Source: Candidatus Zixiibacteriota bacterium (GTDB taxonomy: Bacteria; UBP14; UBA6098; JBKHBT01). Taken from it: DNA of 64,000 bases. The notes beneath the pieces are model-generated. The model searched no databases, was not told the DNA's origin, and saw nothing but the letters and a program-made list of their open reading frames with translations. Positions 48,700 to 63,600 of this stretch are shown here, piece by piece. The position numbers were made by a program, and so were the translations under genes. Position 1 is the stretch's first letter; every line of letters begins with the position of its first letter. The DNA lies in assembly GCA_046542255.1 (NCBI GenBank), contig JBKHBT010000001.1:41627-105626 (forward strand). Reading direction: 5' to 3'.

Positions 48700-51600
48700 A
48701 TGAATAAAAATACTGTTTTTGCGTTTTTGCTGTTTGTATTAATCTTATCTACAACCTTATTTTGGTTTGCATGCCAAAAAACTTCTAATCCCATTGGGGT
48801 TCAGGAAGATAAAAATTGGATTATTGATTCTCTTTATACCGTTCCATCGAGTTTTCCTTATCAGGGGATTGGGTATGTATATGCAGATGTAGTCGATGAA
48901 GAGACTGGCGAACCATGCGATGATCCATCGATTTATGTTACATTTTCCAGTCCCAATGATACCAGTATTTTTAGCAATTCCATTTCTTATGTCAATAGCG
49001 ATGGAATCGCTGCCTCTCGAGTCAGTCTGAGAAATATTACCGATACAACTGAAACCCTGGTTGTTATAGATGCGACTATTGAATATCCCAATACAGACTA
49101 TGAAAGTTATTATCTAAGCGTTGGTGACCAGGCAGCATCTAAAGCTGCTGATATCGAGCTGGAGGCAAGGCCGGATACCGTTTTTGCTGATTCGTATGAT
49201 ACCGTTATGGTCTCTTGCACAGTAATCGATTCATTTGGAAGCACGATTGAAAATGTCAGGGTTTACCTTGAAAGCGTAAGCCGAAATTTCACTATTCCAT
49301 CTGGCAATTATTATACCGATGAAACCGGAGTAGCGCATGTGCCGATTCCGGCGCCAACTGCGCCGGGTGAAGGCGTTCTTCGGGCTTATGTATATGGAGC
49401 CGCAGAAACTATCGTAGATGATACTGTTAGTTTCTGGTTCATTCCTGAGGCACCTGTTAGTAATATACAGCTTACTTCCGATGATATGCAGATTCCTGCC
49501 GATGGAATTTCTACTACAACGCTATCGGCAAGAGTAATGGTCGGTGAACCTTCTGCGCCTGCTCCCGATGGAACACCGGTTACATTCGAATCTGATAATG
49601 GTTCTTTCCAGGACTATGTTTTCGCAACAAGAAGAAATCCTAATCCATCCGAAGCAGAAGGCGATGGTATTCAGGAGAGCCAGTCGAGCTGGACTGCATA
49701 TACCGAAGACGGAGTAGCGAGAGTGATTTTGGTTAGTTCCACCGAAGCAGATTCTGTTACAATTACCGCAACCTCAGATCTTGTAACTGCAGAACATACG
49801 ATTTTATTTACACCGGGCGAACCTGCTATCATAGAGCTTGAATCCAATGAATCTTCTTTGATTGCAGATGCTTCGGATACAACTTCGCTAACAGCTACAG
49901 TGTATGACGAATATAGAAATACTGTCAATGCCGGGATCACGATTGAATTCGATGCCGATATTGGCTTTACTTCTCCTGCGGCCTCGAATACCAATGTTAA
50001 TGGTGTCGCGAGGTCTTTACTCAGAAGTGCTAATTCTTCGGGATTAGCTACAATCACAGCTTCATATGGTTCGATTGTAGATCAAGTCGAGGTCATCTAT
50101 CGTTCGACTACGCCACAAAGGCTGACAATGACTGTCGAACCGAATGAGCTACTCGCAGATGGCTCCGAAACGGCAACTGTCCGAGTCCAGGCTTTGGATG
50201 AAAACTATATCGCAGTTACCGATGGCGTTCCGATATCATTCGAGACTAATAAGGGAAGCTTCAGTCCTGCAGCATCTTACTTAGAGAGGCCTTTCGAGAA
50301 TGATGATAACGATGAGATAAATACCGATGGAATCGATGATGATGATTTGCGGATGTCGATTAGCGAAGCGATGCTGGAAGATGATTTTGTCGCGTTGACA
50401 GAAGGAGGCTTCGCAGAGGTTACTCTCAGGAGTGATACTATTGCTGGAGTCGCTGTCGTCAGAAGTTTCCACATGACAGGCGATAGTTACGATGCAATAG
50501 ATACTGCCAGAGTTCCTTTCTATCCAGGGCCACCACAAAGAGTTGAAGTGTCTTTCTACCATGATACGATAACTGCCAATGGAGCAGACACAACTACTGT
50601 TTATGCAACAGTTTACGATGAATATAATAATAGCATCGGTAGTGGCTATACAGTTGATTTCTCTACAGTAGAAGGTTCTGTTTTCCCGACTTCGCAGACC
50701 ACAGGCTCCGATGGTATTGCAAGAACCAAACTGACATCCAGCCTTAATTCTGGAATGCACTATATTACAGCTACGGCTTCCGGGATAACAGCCAATACAA
50801 ATATCTATTTTGAAGCATCCCGGCCAGCAGAAATAACGCTTAGAGCCGATGCCTATACTATGCCGGCAGATGGTATATCAGAGAATATTCTTACAGCCTA
50901 TCTTTACGATGCTGCCGGAAGGCCTGTCTCCAACGGGACCAGAGTGGAATTTGCCTGTTCTTTGGGTGAATTCAGCCTTTCTTCTTTGTATCGTAGAGGA
51001 ATTAGCGAAGAAGAGCCGGGCGATGGAAGAAAAATCGGCCATGGTTTGCGTAGCTTCTCTACAATGGATTCAGAAGAGATTTATTATGCTTATACCGAAG
51101 ATGGCCAGGTTTCTGCCAGCCTCATCAGCCCAACTTCAGAAAGTACTGATACTTCTATTTATGCCAAAGTTGTAACCGATTCGATTATACCACCGGCTGA
51201 CACGCTTGTTTTAGCAGATACTATATCGATTTCTTACATATCCGGTGATATTTCAAGAATTGGAGTTGTTGCAGCACCGACAAGTATTACTAATGATAGC
51301 TCCGAAATTACCGCGACTTTATATGATGAGCATGATAATCCAATGGGCGAAGGAATACTCGTTGAGTTTTCCACTACAATGGGTTCTGTTAATTCGCCAA
51401 TAGTAACCGATACATTGGGCCAGGCAAAAACATACCTATTCCCGGGTTCCGAGACAGGTACAGCTACGGTTACCGCAAGAGCTGGCGAGGTTTCAGGTTT
51501 TGTTAATGTAAATATTAGGCCGGTGAATGTCGGTGAAATTTACCTTTCTCTCTCATCATCAGAAATGACAGTAGATGGCGAGACAATCGACCTCGAAGCC

Positions 51601-54600
51601 TATGTTACAGACGCAGACGGTTATCCAGTATCCGATAGTACACCAATACATTTCGAAAGTACAATTGGCGAGGTGATGCCAGTCGTCGATAATACGGCGA
51701 GAGGACTGGCAATATCTCAGTTATCTCCTACTGGCATTATTGGCAAAGATACTGTGATTGCAAGATTTGATACTTCCGTTGCAGATACTGCTTTCATTAA
51801 AATTAAAGCCGGTGCTCCAGCAAGTATCGTTATGGATGTTATGCCCGATACGATGTACACTGGTGGATTACCATCCGGGCAGGTTTGCGCAACTGTCAGA
51901 GATGTTTATGATAATATTGTAGCATTTGGCACTGTGATTAATTTCGAAATTGGTGAAGGAGCGATTATTCCACAAGCGCCTACCGATAGCTCAGGTATTG
52001 CAACAGCGACTGTTACATCTCCTTTAGAGCCGGGAGCTACATACATTACAGCAAGCTATGGCGGTGTTTCTTCGACTGTACCGGTGGTTTTCGAAAGCTC
52101 ACCTGCATCAGAAATTATTTTGACAGCTTCCAGCAATGAGATTACTTTGGATGAAATATGTTCTCTAACGGTTGTTGCTATCGACACAATCAGTGGTGTA
52201 ATAAGCGATGGTGTCCGGGTTAATTTCATAAGTGATTTTAGTGATATTGTACCTCCAATCGCTTTTATCGAAGATGGCGAAGCTGTTTCTTATGCCTATC
52301 CAAATGAAGTAAATACTGATAGAATCGTTGCAATAGTTGGAGAACTTGCCGACACTGTCGAAGTCAACTATAATCCGGGAGATGTTACCAGAATCGAGAT
52401 TACTTCTGATGAAAGCTGGATATATGCCAATGGTTCATCCCGGACAACAGTGAGAGCAAGATGTTATGATTCAGAAGATAATCCTGTCGACAGAGGCGTC
52501 AGGCTCGATTTTAGTTCTACGATGGGTGAGCTTATACCTTCATCGGGAATAGGAATAACAAATTCTAGCGGTGAAGCTACAATAATTTTGCAAAGCAGTA
52601 CAGAACCAGGCACTGCTGTTATCCAGGCTACATATGAGGATCTTATTGAATTTGTTAATATAGATTTTATCCGTTCCGGTGCTGATGAGGTAATACTCCT
52701 TCCATCATCCAGAAGCTTCAAGATTGGTGACAATGTTACTCTTAGAACTTTAGTCTATGATGAATTGGGTGATCCAATTACAGATGATACTCCTGTCGAA
52801 TTATACAGCATTCTAACAGATCCTATTGGTATTCCAGTACCATCCAGGCCAAGAACCATAGATGGCGAAGCGTTAAGCGTTCTCTCTGATCGTGGCGAAG
52901 TGGGGGTTGAGACAATTGTTGCAAATGTAGATTCTGCATACGATACAGTTTCAATAGAAATAAAACCTGGTGATCCTGCAAGGATAGAGCTTTCTGCTAC
53001 GAGTTCTTTCCTATTCGCTAATGGTTCGCATACTTGCGACATTGAAGCAACCGTTTATGATGATAATGATAACCTGCTTCATTCCGGACAGATAGTCAAT
53101 TTTAGCACATCTATGGGAGAACTGGGTTCGTCTGTTGGCGTTACGAGTGACTCGGGTGTTGCGGCTGTAGAACTTCAGTCGGGAACCGAAGAAGGCACAT
53201 GTGTTGTGCAGGCTTATATCGGCGATATCGTAGCTATCGAGACGATCGACTTTATGGCATCCAATGCAGGCAATATTCAAATTATACCATCATCCAATAG
53301 AATCACACTCGGAGAGATTGACACAGTTTTGGTCATGGTACAGGATACCGATGGTTTACCAATTTCTGATGATACACCTGTTATTCTGGAGAGCTTAAAT
53401 GATTTCTTGATTCCAATACCTGGCGTAATAAGGACATTAGATGGTGAAGCTACAGGTTATCTCTATACTGCCGGAGAGCCTGGAGTAGATACAGTAATAG
53501 CATATTCTGATCCTGAGACAGCATCGGTCGAAATAACAGTTCTGCCTGGCGAGGCAGAATTGATCGAATTGGAAGCGCTACACAATCCAATACTTGCAAA
53601 TGGAAGAGACACTTCTCGTATTCGCGCTACAATCAAAGATTCTGATGGTAACAATCTTGGCGCTGGCCAGAGAGTCGATTTCACGACTACAAAAGGCGAA
53701 ATCCAATCAACCGGAATTACAAATATCGATGGTGAAGCCGAGGTACTATTAACAGCAGGTTATGAAGATGGTACTGCCTATGTCGAAGCGACTTATGAAG
53801 ATTTATCACAAATTGTCGAAGTTCAATTGAGTGGCTCTGAAGCTTTTTGGCTCGAACTTATGCCATCTACCAACAGGCTTAGACTTGGAAATACCTGTAC
53901 ATTGGATGTTATTGCATATGATGCCTTATTCGAACCGGTAACCGATGGTTCACAGGTGTTATTTAGAAGCGATTCTGGCGTTGGACTGGTAATTCCACCC
54001 GCAACAACTACAACAGATGGCCAGACCAGATCATTTTTGTATTCGAATGAGCAAATAGGCAGGGATAGTATTTCTGCAAATATGATAGGTGCCAATGATG
54101 GCTCCTGGATTGAATTCATTGCCGGCGACCCTGCTCAGATATCAATAGAACCAGCAAGAGTTGACCTGTTTGCTGATGGATTAGATACCACACAGATCAA
54201 AGTTACAGTCTTTGATGAAGACTCTTTCCGAGTCAGCAGTGGAATCGAAGTCGATTTGGAAACAACTTCGGGAACAATCGAACCTTTGACATCATATACA
54301 AATAGCAGCGGCGAAGCTTTCGCTACTTTTACTGCGCCAACTGTTCCAACTACTGCCTATATTACCGCTACCGTTCGAGATATCGAAGCAAATGCTTTGA
54401 TTAATATCGAAAGGTCCGAACTCGGTAGCATTAGTATCATTCCAAGCAAAACAAGAATGTCGTTGGGAGAAAGCTGTACTCTGGATGTTTTCGTCTATGA
54501 TGATTCAGAATCCTATATTTCAGACGGAACAAGGGTCAGTTTCAGGTCGGAAATTGGTTTTATAACTCCGCCAATTGTGGAAACTTCTGATGGACATGTA

Positions 54601-57600
54601 CAATCGATTTTGCATACCAGAAGGGATGTCGGAACCGATATCGTTACAGCAAGTGTTGGCGGAATCGATTCTACTATCGAGATTAATTTTGTTTCTGGTA
54701 AGCCAGCTACTATCGAATTAAACCCGGACGAGAATCCTATCTATGCCAATGGTTATTCAAGGACAAGAATTGAAGCAACAGTCGAGGATGAATATGAAAA
54801 TCCTGTCAAGGCAGGATACAGGATTAATTTTAGCGCAACCTTGGGAGAACTCGAATCAGAGATTGGAGTAACCAATAGCTCAGGAATTGCCGAGGTTTAC
54901 CTAAAGAGTGGAATCAGAACAGGTACATCGGTTATACAAGGTTGGTACAATGATATTAGCGGCCTTACGATGGTTTCTTTCGACCAGGATACTGCTGGAA
55001 GTATCGAGATTATACCTTCGAGCAGTTCGATAAGACTCGGTGAAATAGATACATTAACAATAATGGTGTTCGATACAGTCGGGATGCCGATTGCCGACGA
55101 TACTCGAATCGAAGTAACACTCGATACATCGAGTACCGGTATGGTAATACCGAGGGTATTATGGACTGAAGACGGTGAAGCGACTACTTATCTGTACACC
55201 ACTGGCGATACTGGCAGAGCTATTATTACAGCAGCCGTAGGAAGAACAACCGCAACAGAAACAATTGAAATCGAGGCAGGTACGGCTGATAATATCGAGC
55301 TCAGTGCTTCTGATTCTACTTTGCCTGCAAATGGTGTTACGAGAACGAATGTCGTAGCTAAAGTATTGGACGATGAGGGATATGTCTTAGGAGCAGGCCT
55401 TGTTGTCAATTTCACCACTACAATGGGTACAATAGGCGCTGTTGCTGTAACAAATACAGATGGTGAAGCAACTACTACATTGACAGCATCAAATGATATT
55501 GGTGTTGCTCTCGTAGGAGCATCTTATGCAGGGGTCGAGCAATATATGAATGTAGAAATGGTTTATTCTGATATCGCATCTATCGATATGTTTATCGAAC
55601 CATCGACAATAAATCTTGGTGATAGCTCAATAATTAGTCTTTCTGTTCTTGATTCCGACTTTGAACCGGTTACCGATGGCACAAGACTGGAAGTAACTAC
55701 TTCTCCATTCGGATATGTCCGTCCGAGAATTGTCAGAACTGTTGATGGTGAAACTCAGGCTATTTTTAAAGGCGATGGGTTGACTGGATCTGCAACAATA
55801 AGAGCATTCCAGGATAGCTCTGTTGAAATGGCTATGGATACTATAGAAGTTCTCCCTGGTATTCCTGCTAATATACAAGTTAATGCAATTGTAGATTCAT
55901 TCTTATATGCCAATGGTGTGGATACTGCATCTATCATTGTCGAGGTTACAGATGCTGATGGCAATCCCGTTGGCGCCGGGCTAACTGTCGATCTCGAGAC
56001 AGACCTTGGGACACTCATGCCAAATATTGGAATTACAGATGACGATGGTATGGTACGAGTCCGTTATCGAGCAGCTAATTCTCCAGGACTTGCTCTTATA
56101 ACAGCTACATGCGAAGGTGAAGAAGGACTTGAAACTATAGAACTTCGAGAAGCAAATGCGGATATAATCGAGCTTTTCTCGGACAGTCCAATCATACAAA
56201 TTGGCGATACCGATACAATTTCGGCTTATGTCTATACTATAACTCCTGAAGAAGATACCTTATTCGTGTCTGATGGCACAAGAGTGAATTTCTCTACAGA
56301 CAATGGTTTAATACTACCTCCAAGCTCTAATACTGTTGATGGATATGCTTTCAGCGTGCTTAGTACAGGTAGGGAACCAGGAGAAGCAACCATTGTTGCA
56401 AGAGTTGGAGATACGGTAGATTCTACAAAAGTACAGATATTAGCCGGCAGGCCCGACAGAATCATATTGGAGGCTGAAAGGAATGATCTTTATGCCAATG
56501 GCTTCGATGAGACTACAATAAAAGCAGTAGTCGTAGATGAAGATGGCAATTCTGTTGGCAGCGGGCTTGTTTTAAATTTCTCGACGGATCTGGGAACTGT
56601 TACTTCTGCCGCTATGACGCAGGATGACGATACTGCTAGAGTAACATATACAGCCGCAAGCGAAATTGGAGTGGCAATAATTACAGCCGAATACGAAGGA
56701 ATAACTTCGATTTTACCTATTACTTTAGAAGAAGCTCCAATTGGAAATGTCGAATTAATACCATATAAAACAGAATTTGGCCTGACCGAAGTATGTACCT
56801 TGCAAGCCTTTGTAACCGATTCTGCTGGTAATGATATTGCAGATGGAACAAGAATTACATTTACCTCGAATCTCTGCCGAGTTGAGCCTCGTTATGGATA
56901 TACCGAAAGAGGTATGGTTTTTGCTGTATTGTATCCAAGAGACTCGATAGGAATTGATACTGTCGAAGCAATATGTGGTGAACGAGATATGGCTAGAATA
57001 AAAATTCTGCCTGGAGAGCCCAGTGATATTTTACTTAATACCCAGTTTGATAGAATCTATGCAAATGGTTTCGACACAACCGATATTGCTGCTCAGGTTG
57101 TAGATATTTATGGTAATCCAGTTCTACCAGGTAAACTGGTTAACTTTACAACGGATTTAGGCTCGATTATTAGTGTCGGGATAACAGATTCCCTATCACC
57201 AGATTCTATGGGAATCGCAAAATCTATATTGACCAGTGAATCAGTTCCTGGAATTGCTATTGTGAACGCTGAATGCGAAGGAGCTAGCGGTTCTATACCT
57301 GTCGAATTTATGGAATCTATCGTAGATGAAATGATTATTCATGCAGATGACAGAACATTATCTTATCGTGATACAACAAGTATCAGAGTAACTATGTTTG
57401 CAGGTGGTACATATGTTTCAGATGGAACTATGGCATTTTTCAGCGCAGAGAATGGACAAGTCAGGCCTATCATTCAATCTACAACCGATGGCGAAGCGGT
57501 AGTTGAATTTTATGCTAATGATTCTCTTGGGCCTGCTTCTGTTACCGTTCATGCTGGAGATACATCAGCTAGTGAAACAGTAGATCTAACAATCGAACCA

Positions 57601-60600
57601 GGCATTCCTTCCCGAATTCAATTAGAAGTCCAGCTGGACTCGATCTATGCAAATGGTATTTCGACAGATTCAATACATGCTACTGTTTACGATGAAGAAG
57701 ATCATATTGTAGGTCCAGGAGTAATCGTGGACTTTACAACTTCGTTAGGCACAATAGCCCCATTTGGAATAACAAATGAGGATGGCAGAGCAAGCGCAGT
57801 TTTAACCTCCGGTTCAGAAACTGGTTGGGCAAATATATCTGCTACAAGCGGAGGCGCATCGAGTAATACGCTCGTTAAATTCTTTAATGCCAATGTGGGA
57901 AGTATCGAGCTAATACCTGAAAGATATGTTATAAATCTCGGAGAAACAATAAATCTGAGAGCTTATGTCCTCGATGAGGATACACTCGAGATAACAGACG
58001 GAACCAGAGTAAGATTCTCAAGCATTCTTGGATATGTAGATCCAATAATTTCAACTACAAGTAGTGGAGAAGCATACTCGGTTCTAAATACTACTACCAA
58101 TACAGGTTTTGATACTGTAACAGCAGTCGTCGGAGATAAAGTAGATACTGTTTTTGTTGAAATACTTTCCGCAGAACCCTATAGGATTACTGTAAGTACC
58201 CAGTTTGATTCTATTTATGCTAATGGTACAGCCAAGAGTAAAGTCTATGCATATGTAGAAGATAGATATGGTAATCCAGTAGAAGACGGTACACCAATTG
58301 AATTCACTACAACTTTAGGTGAGATTATTAATGTTGCTTATACCGATAGCATAGGTGTAAATGCCGCAGGGGACCCAGTATTGCATCCTGACAGCATAGA
58401 TCATTATGAAAATGGATATGCAATAAGTGAAGTTCAAGCGCCAAATGAACTGGGTGTCGGATATATCAATGCCAGCTATGGTGCAATTAGAGGCGTTACA
58501 AGCATTAAATATTATAATGCTTCCGCTGGGCGCGTAATCCTAAGAGCAAGCAGCTCATCGATAACACTCGATGAAAAAGATACACTCACTGTTCTGGTTT
58601 ACGATGAGGATGATGCACCGATAGGTGATGGAACAGTCGTGAATTTCACTACCGCGAATGGTATGGGCATTGTTATTCCACCGGTTGCTACAACAGTAGC
58701 TGGAGAAGCGCAAGTTGTTTTCGAACCATTTGATACGATTGGTTTCGAGACAATAGTAGCCGATGTCGATGGAGAAGATGATAGCCTTACAATCGAAATA
58801 AAACCAGGTATTCCTGCAAACTTAGACCTTTTCCTTGCTGACTCTTCAGACTCGATTTTACCTGCCGATGGCTACTCAGAAGCGACTATTATGGCTCAAG
58901 TAATAGACAGATATGGTTATGAGGTCGGTTCTGGCTATCGGATTGCATTTACAACACCTACTATCGGCACAGTCGAGCCAAGCGAAGCCTATACTAATGA
59001 CCGCGGACAATGCGAAGTCAATCTTATCAGCACTACTACTGAAGGCATGGCAATTGTACGTGGTGAAGTAGAAGGCGGTATTTTCGACCAAGTCGAAGTA
59101 AGATTTGTAAATAGCTCTGTCGGCAATGTAATTCTTTCCATCGAAAATAATATTGTCCAGATCGATGAGGACAGATCCAATCAAATTAGTGCTCTGGTAC
59201 TGGATGCGTCCGGGAGAAGAATAACTGATGGAACAGAAATCGAATTCGATGCAACATATGGTGAAGCTATTCCACCGATTGCATTTACGACAGATGGTAT
59301 GGCAACGGCCGATTATTCACCAGGTATTGTTACTAATACAGATATGGTATCGGCTTATGATCCTATTTCTGGTGAATCCGATTCTTTATTCGTATCTGTT
59401 AAAGCTGGGATTTGCCAGCTATGCTCTGTTACAGTTTCTGAAGATTCTGTTGCATCGGATGGCGGAACTTGCGAGATAACAGCCTATTGCTATGATTTCT
59501 ATGACAATCCTGTCGAAGCGGGAAGACCCGTTACATTCACGACTTCGATTGGTTCGATTATTGGAACTGCCGTTACAAATGAATATGGAGAAGCAAAAAC
59601 CATGTTCACAAGTGGAAATGTATTGGGAACATCTATTATAACAGCAGTTTGTGAAGAAGGAACCGGTACTGGGGAAGTAGAAATTATAAGGCCGAATATC
59701 AGATTTATTAGTATGTCGGCAGACCCATTAAATATTACAGCAGATGGTTTTTCAACCTCTAATATAACAGTACGTGCATATGATGATGAAGCCAATCCAA
59801 TATCATCGGGAGTTATAGAATTCACAAGCTATAACGCCGAATTTGGCCCGGATAGTACATTAGGTGAAATTGACTCGATTGCTCCCATAACAGATGGAAT
59901 TGCAACAGCATTGTTTAGATCAGAAAGAGAAATTGCTACTGCATGGGTTATTGCAGAACGATTTGGTATAAGAGATAGTATTCAAATCGACTTAATCGCC
60001 GGTGAACCATTTGCAATAGATTTAAATGCAATGCCACCAAGTCTTCCTGCCGATGGCGAATCAGAATCTCAGATTACGGCGACAGTCAACGATGAATATG
60101 GTAATATTGTTAAACCGGGTACACAGGTTAATTTTTCAACTGATTTTGGTCGGCTTTCACCAGCGCGTGGCTGGACAGATAGTCTTGGACAGGTTATAGT
60201 TGATCTTGTAAGTCCTGACTCGATATGCATTACTACTATTACTGCAACATCAGGTGCTGCTGAAGGTTTTGCTACTGTTGAATTTGAAGAAGTCATTGCA
60301 GATACAATTATACTTCTTTCAGACTCACTCTCTATGGAAGCAAATGGCAACTCCAGGACGACTATTACAGCAATAGTCCAGGATTCAGACGGAGGTGTTG
60401 TCCCTGATGGAACTATTGTTAATTTCCGGGCAAGAAACTCGATTTTATTGTCCAATACTGCATTAACTACCGATGGTTTTGCCGAAGTCGAGCTTCGTGC
60501 AAGCACTAATGCTGTTGATAGTGCAAAAGTTGTTGCAAATATCGGATTGGTTTATAGCGATTCACTCGTGATGAACCTTCGTCCTGGCAATGCCGCAAAT

Positions 60601-63600
60601 ATCCTTCTCACAGCAGATGATACAACTATGAGCGCAGATGGCGACACTATGGTAAATATCTATGCATATGTAGAAGATCTATATGGAAATATCGTTACCA
60701 GTGGAACTAAAGTTAATTTCACAACTTCGCTCGGTACAATCGATAGTATTGCATTTACAGATGAACTGGGTATTGCCGAGGTCAATTTCCGTGCTGGCAC
60801 AACTCCAGGTATTGCGCAAATTATTGCAAATAGCTCTGAAGCGGTTGGAGTATTAGGAATTACTCTCGAAGATACAGAAGTAGATGAAATTCTCGTTAAT
60901 GCCGATCCAACTAGATTGGTTGTTGGTGGTACGACATCTGATATCACAGGCCAGGCATTGAATGCTCTTGGTGCTCCGATATCCGATGGCGCTCCGATAA
61001 CAATAAGTGTGCTAAATGATTCTCTTGGTACTGTTTTCCCAACAAGAGCTTTGACAGATACCGGATATTTTGCTTCGACTTTCCGAGCCGGTAGAAAAAC
61101 CGGAAATACATATATCAAAGCTGGAACTGGCAGTGCAGAAGACTCAGTCGAGATTGAATTAATTGCTGATGTTCCATATCGCTTCGATTCATTATATCCT
61201 GCCGATATAAGTATTCCTGCCGATAGCTTGACAACAACAGAAATTAGAGTCATGCTTGTAGATAGGTTTGGTAATCCTGTTGCTGCCGGAACAGAAATAG
61301 AATTTGAATCCAGCCTGGGAGATATTGAACTTAATACGACAACAGATACAGAAGGCAAGGCTCAAGTCATCTTGCAATCTGGACGCGAAAGTGGAGTTTG
61401 CAGAGTTACAGCCACATCTGGCGATGCTATTGCAACAACAGAAGTAGTATTCGATGAAACAACACCGACTTCCATATTGCTTGTGTCCGATGATAGAGAA
61501 TTAATTGCAGATGGAAATGCTAATACATTCTTAAGGGCTACTGTTTCTGATACTCTTGGTGCTGCTGTTTCCGATGGTACTCCAGTAACCTTCTCGATAG
61601 CTCCTGATTCATTAGGCTATATTCTTCCGAGAGTCGCCACTACCACCGGCGGCGAAGCTGTTTCCGTTCTCAGGGCAGCTACTTCACTCGGAGAAGCTGA
61701 AGTCATAGCACAATCCGGCGATAGCACAGGCTCGACACCGATTGAATTTATTGCAGGCCCACCATACGATATCGAAGTAGAAGTCGCTGATTCAGCACTG
61801 GATACAATCCCGGCAGATGGCTTCTCGACAAGCGATATAAGAGCGACTGTATATGATAGAAATGGAAATACAGTAGCTGGCGGTTATGAAGTTGTATTCA
61901 ATACAACTGCAGGCTCTTTAGACCCGACTACAACGACTACAAATTCCGAAGGTGAATGTATCACAACCCTTACCAGTTCAACAAGAGAAGAATTTGCTAG
62001 TGTTCGCGGTACTGTAGAAGGTACAATAATAGACCAGACCGAAGTATTCTTCCAGTCCAGCACAGTTGACGATATAATTTTGACTATTGAAAATAATAAT
62101 GTACAAATAGGCGATGATACACCTAATACAGTAACCGCTCTGGTAGTCGATGCTTTCGATAGAAGAGTAAGTGATGGTACATATGTTACTTTCCAGGTCG
62201 ATTATGGCGAATTGCTTTCAATGGATGGCTATACGAGCGATGGAGTAGTAACGACCGATTATCTGCCGGCTACTGTCGATAGTTCAGATACTATAATTGC
62301 CTTTAATTCTGATTCAACAGTCGCAGATACTGTAACTGTGAGTGTCAAGCCAGGAATCTGCCGAAATATAACTGTCGATGTCGATCCACCAGAAATAGCT
62401 TCTGATGGCCGTGGCTCCAGTGCGATTAGTGCAGAATGTTATGACTTCTATGGTAATCCTGTCGAAGCTGGACGTGATGTTACTTTCACAACTACGATTG
62501 GTACTGTGATTGGAACAAGTATTACTAATGAAAATGGAATCGCACGCTCTATTTTAACCAGTGGCCCAGAATTGGGTACAGCCGTCATAACAGCAAGATG
62601 CGAAGATGGCGTAGGCACAAATGAAGTGGATATCATCGAACCAGAGATCGCTTTCATAAGCGTGAATGCTGACCCAATCGATATCACTGCTGATGGTGTA
62701 TCGACTTCGGAGATTACAGCCAGAGTTTATGATGACGAGGCAAATCCAATAACAAGTGGACTTATCAAATTCTCGAGCTTTGATTCATTAGGTAGTATAA
62801 TGGGCGATATCGACACTATTGCTGCTATATCTGGTGGAATTGCAACAGTAGATCTTCGCTCAGCGCCAACTGTCGGCACTGCTATTGTTAAAGCATACAC
62901 AGATGCAGGAATTTCCGATAGTATCCTGGTAGATTTTATTCCAGGAGTACCTAATTCTATAGAATTAGAAGCTAATCCAGATACACTACCGGCAGATGGA
63001 CTTTCTCTCTCACAAATCAAGGCCAAAGTCAAAGACGAATTTGGCAATACAGTAAAACCCGGAACACAGGTCAACTTTGCAACAGAATTCGGACGACTTT
63101 CTGCCAGTAGAGGTTGGACAGATGATACCGGATGCGTTTTTATCGAACTAACAAGTGCAGACTCTATCGGAGTAACAACTATTACAGCAGAATCCGGCGA
63201 TGCAATCGGATTCGAAAATGTAGAGTTTACTCCAATTGTTGCCGCATCGATAGAAATCTATTCAGACTCGATGTCTCTGGAAGCCAATGGTAATTCGCGT
63301 ACAACGGTTAATGCCACTGCCCTCGATGCTGATGGACTCGCAGTTCCTAATGGTACTCCAATAAGATTCTACACGACCGAAGGAATCATGATTCCGAATT
63401 CTGCTACAACTTCAGAAGCCATAGCATTATCCGAGCTTCGCGCCAGCACCAATGCCGGCGATACAGCTTTTGTCTACGCAGAAGCCAGTGCTACGGTTCG
63501 TTCTGATAGCATTGGAATATACCTGAGGCCTGGTGAAGCTGGTAATATTGTCCTGACACCAAATGAAAGCACCTTACCCGCAGATGGCGATACATTCACA

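Noticed and set aside
50849-51175. Plus-strand 108-aa ORF in an alternate frame
   Set aside because: Nested in frame 2 inside the giant frame-1 gene. No RBS, and no domain-like sequence.
49671-63074. Numerous minus-strand ORFs of 60-230 aa listed in the ORF track across 49.6-63 kb (for example 60660..61358, 59499..59825, 62727..63074)
   Set aside because: They are antisense to a continuous plus-strand frame-1 ORF encoding well-formed Ig-like domains. Their translations are low-complexity S/T/V/I-rich strings, typical of the antisense frames of such repeats.
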